A DNA stretch of 64,000 nt, taken from assembly GCA_964057225.1 (NCBI GenBank), contig OZ059894.1:5394001-5458000 (forward strand). Reading direction: 5' to 3'. The stretch comes from Auanema rhodensis (lineage: Eukaryota; Animalia; Nematoda). Of this stretch, positions 54,901 through 64,000 are shown piece by piece. The position numbers were made by a program, and so were the translations under genes. The notes under the pieces are model-generated. The model saw nothing but the letters and a program-made list of their open reading frames with translations. It was not told where the DNA came from and ran no database searches. Numbering within the stretch: position 1 is the first letter of the stretch; each line of letters opens with the position of its first letter.

Positions 54901-57449
54901 GATCATAACTAATTTTTGTATTAAGCGTTTTTCAATGTGACGTAGTGCATTCGATGCGGAATTTTAAGCTGCGTCGATTTGTGTTATCAGATTTGCGCTC
55001 ACTTAAAAATGCACCGAGATATCAACTGATATAGGTTCACACTTATATCTTCGATTTTCACCCTGAAGAATTAATTTTTTCGTTGAATAACATTGTCCAT
55101 CGTCTTCGCCTTGAAAAAAGGAATCTAAAAACATCTACTTTTTGTAAAATTATTTTGAACTTTTCGGGAAAATTTTTGTCAAAATGTTTTTGGAAGCAAT
55201 TTTGAGTGTACATGGAAACTCAACATACACTAATGCATCATTTTTCAAACGATCATAACTAATTTTTGTTTTGGACGTTTCCCAATGTATTATAGTGTAT
55301 TCGATGCGGATTTTTAAGCTGCGTCGATCTGTGTTATCAGATTTGCGCTCACTTAAAAATGCACCGAGATATCAACTGATATAGGTTCACACTTATATCT
55401 TCGATTTTCACCCTGAAGAATTAATTTTTTCGTTGAATAACATTGTCCATCGTCTTCGCCTCGAAAAAAAAATCTAAAAACATCTACTTTTTGTGAAATT
55501 ATCTGGAAATTTTTCGGGAAATTTTTGTCAAAAAGTTTTTGGAAGCAACTTTGAGTGCACATGGAAACTCAACATACACTAATGCATCATTTTTCAAACG
55601 ATCATAACTAACTTTTGTATTGGACGTTTCCCAATGTATTATAGTGTATTCGATGCGGATTTTTAAGCTGCGTCGATCTGTGTTATCAGATTTGCGCTAA
55701 CTTAAAAATGCACCGAGATATCAACTGATATAGGTTCACACTTATATCTTCGATTTTCACCCTGAAGAATTAATTTTTTCGTTGAATAACATTGTCCATC
55801 GTCTTCGCCTCGAAAAAAAAATCTAAAAACATCTACTTTTTGTGAAATTATCTTTAAATTTTTCGGGAAATTTTTGTCAAAAAGTTTTTGGAAGCAACTT
55901 TGAGTGTACATGGAAACTCAACATACACTAATGCATCATTTTTCAAACGATCATAACTAATTTTTGTATTGGACGTGTCCCAATGTATTATAGTGTATTC
56001 GATGCGGATTTTTAAGCTGCGTCGATCTGTGTTATCAGATTTGCGCTAACTTAAAAATGCACCGAGATATCAACTGATATAGGTTCACACTTATATCTTC
56101 GATTTTCACCCTGAAGAATTAATTTTTTCGTTGAATAACATTGTCCATCGTCTTCGCCTCGAAAAAAAAATCTAAAAACATCTACTTTTTGTGAAATTAT
56201 CTGGAAATTTTTCGGGAAAATTTTTGTCAAAATGTTTTTGGAAGCAATTTTGAGTGTACATGGAAACTCAACATACACTAATGCATCATTTTTCAAACGA
56301 TCATAACTAATTTTTGTATTGGACGTTTCCCAATGTATTAAAGTGTATTCGATGCGGATTTTTAAGCTGCGTCGATCTGTGTTATCAGATTTGCGCTAAC
56401 TTAAAAATGCACCGAGATATCAACTGATATAGGTTCACACTTATATCTTCGATTTTCACCCTGAAGAATTAATTTTTTCGTTGAATAACATTGTCCATCG
56501 TCTTCGCCTCGAAAAAAAAATCTAAAAACATCTACTTTTTGTGAAATTATCTGGAAATTTTTCGGGAAAATTTTTGTCAAAATGTTTTTGGAAGCAATTT
56601 TGAGTGTACATGGAAACTCAACATACACTAATGCATCATTTTTCAAACGATCATAACTAATTTTTGTATTGGACGTTTCCCAATGTATTAAAGTGTATTC
56701 GATGCGGATTTTTAAGCTGCGTCGATCTGTGTTATCAGATTTGCGCTAACTTAAAAATGCACCGAGATATCAACTGATATAGGTTCACACTTATATCTTC
56801 GATTTTCACCCTGAAGAATTAATTTTTTCGTTGAATAACATTGTCCATCGTCTTCGCCTTGAAAAAAAAATCTAAAAACATCTACTTTTTGTGAAATTAT
56901 TTTGAAATTTTTCAGGAAAATTTTTGTCAAAATGTTTTTGGAAGCAATGTTGAGTGTACATGGAAACTCAACATACACTAATGCATCATTTTTCAAACGA
57001 TCATAACTAATTTTTGTATTGGACGTTTCCCAATGTATTAAAGTGTATTCGATGCGGATTTTTAAGCTGCGTCGATCTGTGTTATCAGATTTGCGCTAAC
57101 TTAAAAATGCACCGAGATATCAACTGATATAGGTTCACACTTATATCTTCGATTTTCACCCTGAAGAATTAATTTTTTCGTTGAATAACATTGTCCATCG
57201 TCTTCGCCTTGAAAAAAAAATCTAAAAACATCTACTTTTTGTGAAATTATTTTGAAATTTTTCAGGAAAATTTTTGTCAAAATGTTTTTGGAAGCAATGT
57301 TGAGTGTACATGGAAACTCAACATACACTAATGCATCATTTTTCAAACGATCATAACTAATTTTTGTATTGGACGTTTCCCAATGTATTATAGTGTATTC
57401 GATGCGGATTTTTAAGCTGCGTCGATCTGTGTTATCAGATTTGCGCTAA

Positions 57450-60400
57450 CTTAAAAATGCACCGAGATATCAACTGATATAGGTTCACACTTATATCTTC
57501 GATTTTCACCCTGAAGAATTAATTTTTTCGTTGAATAACATTGTCCATCGTCTTCGCCTCGAAAAAAAAATCTAAAAACATCTACTTTTTGTGAAATTAT
57601 CTGGAAATTTTTCGGGAAAATTTTTGTCAAAATGTTTTTGGAAGCAATGTTGAGTGTACATGGAAACTCAACATACACTAATGCATCATTTTTCAAACGA
57701 TCATAACTAATTTTTGTATTCAGCGTTTCTCAATGTAACATAGTGCATTCGATGCGGATTTTTAAGCTGCGTCGATCTGTGTTATCAGATTTGCGCTAAC
57801 TTAAAAATGCACCGAGATATCAACTGATATAGGTTCACACTTATATCTTCGATTTTCACCCTGAAGAATTAATTTTTTCGTTGAATAACATTGTCCATCG
57901 TCTTCGCCTTGAAAAAAAAATCTAAAAACATCTACTTTTTGTGAAATTATTTTGAAATTTTTCAGGAAAATTTTTGTCAAAATGTTTTTGGAAGCAATGT
58001 TGAGTGTACATGGAAACTCAACATACACTAATGCATCATTTTTCAAACGATCATAACTAATTTTTGTATTCAGCGTTTCTCAATGTAACATAGTGCATTC
58101 GATGCGGATTTTTAAGCTGCGTCGATCTGTGTTATCAGATTTGCGCTAACTTAAAAATGCACCGAGATATCAACTGATATAAGTTCACACTTATATCTTC
58201 GATTTTCACCCTGAAGAATTAATTTTTTCGTTGAATAACATTGTCCATCGTCTTCGCCTCGAAAAAAAATCTAAAAACATCTACTTTTTGTGAAATTATC
58301 TGGAAATTTTTCGGGAAAATTTTTGTCAAAATGTTTTTGGAAGCAATGTTGAGTGTACATGGAAACTCAACATACACTAATGCATCATTTTTCAAACGAT
58401 CATAACTAATTTTTGTATTGGACGTTTCCCAATGTATTATAGTGTATTCGATGCGGATTTTTAAGCTGCGTCGATCTGTGTTATCAGATTTGCGCTCACT
58501 TAAAAATGCACCGAGATATCAACTGATATAAGTTCACACATATATCCTCGATTTTCACCCTGAAGAATTAATTTTTTCGTTGAATAACATTGTCCATCGT
58601 CTTCGCCTCGAAAAAAAATCTAAAAACATCTACTTTTTGTAAAATTATTTTGAACTTTTCGGGAAAATTTTTGTCAAAATGTTTTTGGAAGCAATTTTGA
58701 GTGTACATGGAAACTCAACATACACTAATGCATCATTTTTCAAACGATCATAACTAATTTTTGTATTGGACGTTTCCCAATGTATTATAGTGTATTCGAT
58801 GCGGATTTTTAAGCTGCGTCGATCTGTGTTATCAGATTTGCGCTCACTTAAAAATGCACCGAGATATCAACTGATATAAGTTCACAAATATATCCTCGAT
58901 TTTCACCCTGAAGAATTAATTTTTTCGTTGAATAACATTGTCCATCGTCTTCGCCTCGAAAAAAAATCTAAAAACATCTACTTTTTGTAAAATTATTTTG
59001 AACTTTTCGGGAAAATTTTTGTCAAAATGTTTTTGGAAGCAATTTTGAGTGTACATGGAAACTCAACATACACTAATGCATCATTTTTCAAACGATCATA
59101 ACTAATTTTTGTATTGGACGTTTCCCAATGTATTATAGTGTATTCGATGCGGATTTTTAAGCTGCGTCGATCTGTGTTATCAGATTTGCGCTCACTTAAA
59201 AATGCACCGAGATATCAACTGATATAAGTTCACACATATATCCTCGATTTTCACCCTGAAGAATTAATTTTTTCGTTGAATAACATTGTCCATCGTCTTC
59301 GCCTTGAAAAAAGGAATCTAAAAACATCTACTTTTTGTAAAATTATTTTGAACTTTTCGGGAAAATTTTTGTCAAAATGTTTTTGGAAGCAATTTTGAGT
59401 GTACATGGAAACTCAACATACACTAATGCATCATTTTTCAAACGATCATAACTAATTTTTGTATTGGACGTTTCCCAATGTATTATAGTGTATTCGATGC
59501 GGATTTTTAAGCTGCGTCGATCTGTGTTATCAGATTTGCGCTCACTTAAAAATGCACCGAGATATCAACTGATATAAGTTCACACATATATCCTCGATTT
59601 TCACCCTGAAGAATTAATTTTTTCGTTGAATAACATTGTCCATCGTCTTCGCCTTAAAAGAAAAATCTAAAAACATCTACTTTTTGTGAAATCATCTGGA
59701 AATTTTTCGGGAAAATTTTTGTCAAAAAGTTTTTGGAAGCAATTTTGAGTGTAATGGAAACTCGACATACACTAATGCATCATTTTTCAAACGATCATAA
59801 CTAATTTTTGTATTGGACGTTTCCCAATGTATTATAGTGTATTCGATGCGGATTTTTAAGCTGCGTCGATCTGTGTTATCAGATTTGCGCTAACTTAAAA
59901 ATGCACCGAGATATCAACTGATATAGGTTCACACTTATATCCTCGATTTTCACCCTGAAGAATTAATTTTTTTGTTGAATAACATTGTCCATCGTCTTCG
60001 CCTTGAAAAAAAAATCTAAAAACATCTACTTTTTGTGAAATTATTTTGAAATTTTTCAGGAAAATTTTTGTCAAAATGTTTTTGGAAGCAATGTTGAGTG
60101 TACATGGAAACTCAACATACACTAATGCATCATTTTTCAAACGATCATAACTAATTTTTGTATTGGACGTTTCCCAATGTATTATAGTGTATTCGATGCG
60201 GATTTTTAAGCTGCGTCGATCTGTGTTATCAGATTTGCGCTAACTTAAAAATGCACCGAGATATCAACTGATATAGGTTCACACTTATATCTTCGATTTT
60301 CACCCTGAAGAATTAATTTTTTCGTTGAATAACATTGTCCATCGTCTTCGCCTCGAAAAAAAAATCTAAAAACATCTACTTTTTGTGAAATTATCTGGAA

Positions 60401-63400
60401 ATTTTTCGGGAAAATTTTTGTCAAAATGTTTTTGGAAGCAATGTTGAGTGTACATGGAAACTCAACATACACTAATGCATCATTTTTCAAACGATCATAA
60501 CTAATTTTTGTATTCAGCGTTTCTCAATGTAACATAGTGCATTCGATGCGGATTTTTAAGCTGCGTCGATCTGTGTTATCAGATTTGCGCTCACTTAAAA
60601 ATGCACCGAGATATCAACTGATATAAGTTCACACATATATCCTCGATTTTCACCCTGAAGAATTAATTTTTTCGTTGAATAACATTGTCCATCGTCTTCG
60701 CCTTGAAAAAAGGAATCTAAAAACATCTACTTTTTGTAAAATTATTTTGAACTTTTCGGGAAAATTTTTGTCAAAATGTTTTTGGAAGCAATTTTGAGTG
60801 TACATGGAAACTCAACATACACTAATGCATCATTTTTCAAACGATCATAACTAATTTTTGTATTGGACGTTTCCCAATGTATTATAGTGTATTCGATGCG
60901 GATTTTTAAGCTGCGTCGATCTGTGTTATCAGATTTGCGCTCACTTAAAAATGCACCGAGATATCAACTGATATAAGTTCACACATATATCCTCGATTTT
61001 CACCCTGAAGAATTAATTTTTTCGTTGAATAACATTGTCCATCGTCTTCGCCTTGAAAAAAGGAATCTAAAAACATCTACTTTTTGTAAAATTATTTTGA
61101 ACTTTTCGGGAAAATTTTTGTCAAAATGTTTTTGGAAGCAATTTTGAGTGTACATGGAAACTCAACATACACTAATGCATCATTTTTCAAACGATCATAA
61201 CTAATTTTTGTATTGGACGTTTCCCAATGTATTATAGTGTATTCGATGCGGATTTTTAAGCTGCGTCGATCTGTGTTATCAGATTTGCGCTCACTTAAAA
61301 ATGCACCGAGATATCAACTGATATAAGTTCACACATATATCCTCGATTTTCACCCTGAAGAATTAATTTTTTCGTTGAATAACATTGTCCATCGTCTTCG
61401 CCTTGAAAAAAGGAATCTAAAAACATCTACTTTTTGTAAAATTATTTTGAACTTTTCGGGAAAATTTTTGTCAAAATGTTTTTGGAAGCAATTTTGAGTG
61501 TACATGGAAACTCAACATACACTAATGCATCATTTTTCAAACGATCATAACTAATTTTTGTATTGGACGTTTCCCAATGTATTATAGTGTATTCGATGCG
61601 GATTTTTAAGCTGCGTCGATCTGTGTTATCAGATTTGCGCTCACTTAAAAATGCACCGAGATATCAACTGATATAAGTTCACACATATATCTTCGATTTT
61701 CACCCTGAAGAATTAATTTTTTCGTTGAATACCATTGTCCATCGTCTTCGCCTTAAAAGAAAAATCTAAAAACATCTACTTTTTGTGAAATCATCTGGAA
61801 ATTTTTCGGGAAAATTTTTGTCAAAAAGTTTTTGGAAGCAATTTTGAGTGTAATGGAAACTCGACATACACTAATGCATCATTTTTCAAACGATCATAAC
61901 TAATTTTTGTATTGGACGTTTCCCAATGTATTATAGTGTATTCGATGCGGATTTTTAAGCTGCGTCGATCTGTGTTATCAGATTTGCGCTCACTTAAAAA
62001 TGCACCGAGATATCAACTGATATAAGTTCACACATATATCCTCGATTTTCACCCTGAAGAATTAATTTTTTCGTTGAATAACATTGTCCATCGTCTTCGC
62101 CTTGAAAAAAAAATCTAAAAACATCTACTTTTTGTGAAATTATTTTGAAATTTTTCAGGAAAATTTTTGTCAAAATGTTTTTGGAAGCAATGTTGAGTGT
62201 ACATGGAAACTCAACATACACTAATGCATCATTTTTCAAACGATCATAACTAATTTTTGTATTGGACGTTTCCCAATGTATTATAGTGTATTCGATGCGG
62301 ATTTTTAAGCTGCGTCGATCTGTGTTATCAGATTTGCGCTAACTTAAAAATGCACCGAGATATCAACTGATATAGGTTCACACTTATATCTTCGATTTTC
62401 ACCCTGAAGAATTAATTTTTTCGTTGAATAACATTGTCCATCGTCTTCGCCTCGAAAAAAAAATCTAAAAACATCTACTTTTTGTGAAATTATCTGGAAA
62501 TTTTTCGGGAAAATTTTTGTCAAAATGTTTTTGGAAGCAATGTTGAGTGTACATGGAAACTCAACATACACTAATGCATCATTTTTCAAACGATCATAAC
62601 TAATTTTTGTATTCAGCGTTTCTCAATGTAACATAGTGCATTCGATGCGGATTTTTAAGCTGCGTCGATCTGTGTTATCAGATTTGCGCTAACTTAAAAA
62701 TGCACCGAGATATCAACTGATATAGGTTCACACTTATATCTTCGATTTTCACCCTGAAGAATTAATTTTTTCGTTGAATAACATTGTCCATCGTCTTCGC
62801 CTTGAAAAAAAAATCTAAAAACATCTACTTTTTGTGAAATTATTTTGAAATTTTTCAGGAAAATTTTTGTCAAAATGTTTTTGGAAGCAATGTTGAGTGT
62901 ACATGGAAACTCAACATACACTAATGCATCATTTTTCAAACGATCATAACTAATTTTTGTATTCAGCGTTTCTCAATGTAACATAGTGCATTCGATGCGG
63001 ATTTTTAAGCTGCGTCGATCTGTGTTATCAGATTTGCGCTAACTTAAAAATGCACCGAGATATCAACTGATATAAGTTCACACTTATATCTTCGATTTTC
63101 ACCCTGAAGAATTAATTTTTTCGTTGAATAACATTGTCCATCGTCTTCGCCTCGAAAAAAAATCTAAAAACATCTACTTTTTGTGAAATTATCTGGAAAT
63201 TTTTCGGGAAAATTTTTGTCAAAATGTTTTTGGAAGCAATGTTGAGTGTACATGGAAACTCAACATACACTAATGCATCATTTTTCAAACGATCATAACT
63301 AATTTTTGTATTGGACGTTTCCCAATGTATTATAGTGTATTCGATGCGGATTTTTAAGCTGCGTCGATCTGTGTTATCAGATTTGCGCTCACTTAAAAAT

Positions 63401-64000
63401 GCACCGAGATATCAACTGATATAAGTTCACACTTATATCTTCGATTTTCACCCTGAAGAATTAATTTTTTCGTTGAATAACATTGTCCATCGTCTTCGCC
63501 TCGAAAAAAAATCTAAAAACATCTACTTTTTGTGAAATTATCTGGAAATTTTTCGGGAAAATTTTTGTCAAAATGTTTTTGGAAGCAATGTTGAGTGTAC
63601 ATGGAAACTCAACATACACTAATGCATCATTTTTCAAACGATCATAACTAATTTTTGTATTGGACGTTTCCCAATGTATTATAGTGTATTCGATGCGGAT
63701 TTTTAAGCTGCGTCGATCTGTGTTATCAGATTTGCGCTCACTTAAAAATGCACCGAGATATCAACTGATATAAGTTCACACATATATCCTCGATTTTCAC
63801 CCTGAAGAATTAATTTTTTCGTTGAATAACATTGTCCATCGTCTTCGCCTTGAAAAAAGGAATCTAAAAACATCTACTTTTTGTAAAATTATTTTGAACT
63901 TTTCGGGAAAATTTTTGTCAAAATGTTTTTGGAAGCAATTTTGAGTGTACATGGAAACTCAACATACACTAATGCATCATTTTTCAAACGATCATAACTA
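57450..64000. repeat. Right-hand satellite B subdomain with 6-mer (2099 bp) and 14-mer (4893 bp) recurrences
   Basis: aaatcatctgg plus gtgtaatgg..ctcgac occurs at ~59690-59765 and ~61790-61865. ORFs 59895/61994 and 60245/62344 are offset by 2099, and 57451/62344 and 57801/62694 by 4893. The region is enriched for the gctcac/gatataag/cacatatatcctcg haplotype. Confidence 0.8.

Larger units (their letters stand above)
16227..64000. repeat. Satellite B: tandem array of ~350-bp monomers (~137 copies), open at the right window edge
   Basis: The unit ttaaaaatgcaccgagatatcaactgatataggttcacacttatatcttcg...gatctgtgttatcagatttgcgctaac recurs every 348-351 bp, and ORF track coordinates step by 349/350. 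Length variation comes from the A8-A10 tract, gggaaa(a)ttttt and gtgta(c)atgg. Confidence 0.99.

Noticed and set aside
16541-62939. Repeated 67-81 aa minus-strand ORFs (MKNDAL.../MYTQSC...) and 68-74 aa plus-strand ORFs (MDVSQC...)
   Set aside because: They occur once per 350-bp unit and are frequently frameshifted by homopolymer indels. Their composition (K/F/I/N-rich) mirrors the A/T tracts, many use non-ATG starts (TTG), and there is no sign of codon-level constraint.
1-64000. CRISPR-like or cassette array (constant repeat plus variable segment)
   Set aside because: There are no unique spacers. The variable segments are SNP alleles of one sequence, units are 176/350 bp, and no cas or integrase genes are present.
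16227-64000. Tandem 5S rRNA, tRNA, snRNA or spliced-leader gene array
   Set aside because: The unit size is compatible, but I recognise no 5S, tRNA cloverleaf, A/B box or known SL sequence. An Rfam cmscan would be needed to exclude it fully.
1-64000. Assignment to named satellites of similar length (Brassica CentBr 176 bp, Arabidopsis CEN178, alpha satellite, Drosophila 359-bp)
   Set aside because: Only the lengths are similar. The sequences do not match these as I recall them, and a database search is needed.

Overview
The whole window is eukaryotic-type satellite DNA. I can support no genes, RNA genes, transposons or CRISPR arrays. It holds two AT-rich (~33% GC, hand-counted on one monomer each) head-to-tail tandem arrays, each in a single orientation, joined abruptly at 16226/16227. 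Satellite A has a 175/176-bp monomer, about 92 copies, at 1-16226. Satellite B has a 348-351-bp monomer (mode 350), about 137 copies, at 16227-64000. All listed ORFs are by-products of the repeat units. The interesting structure is (i) the base-sharp A/B junction, (ii) a possible shared ancestry and a 1:2 length ratio between A and B, (iii) nested higher-order duplications (2- to 36-mers in A; 2-, 3-, 4-, 6-, 10-, 14- and 15-mers in B), (iv) a divergent monomer island at about 40.2-41.0 kb, (v) a two-strand CpG-deamination signature, and (vi) dense dyad symmetries and phased A/T tracts. A (peri)centromeric location is plausible but is inference. I could not identify the organism or a named satellite family, and I see no evidence of a novel protein-coding system.
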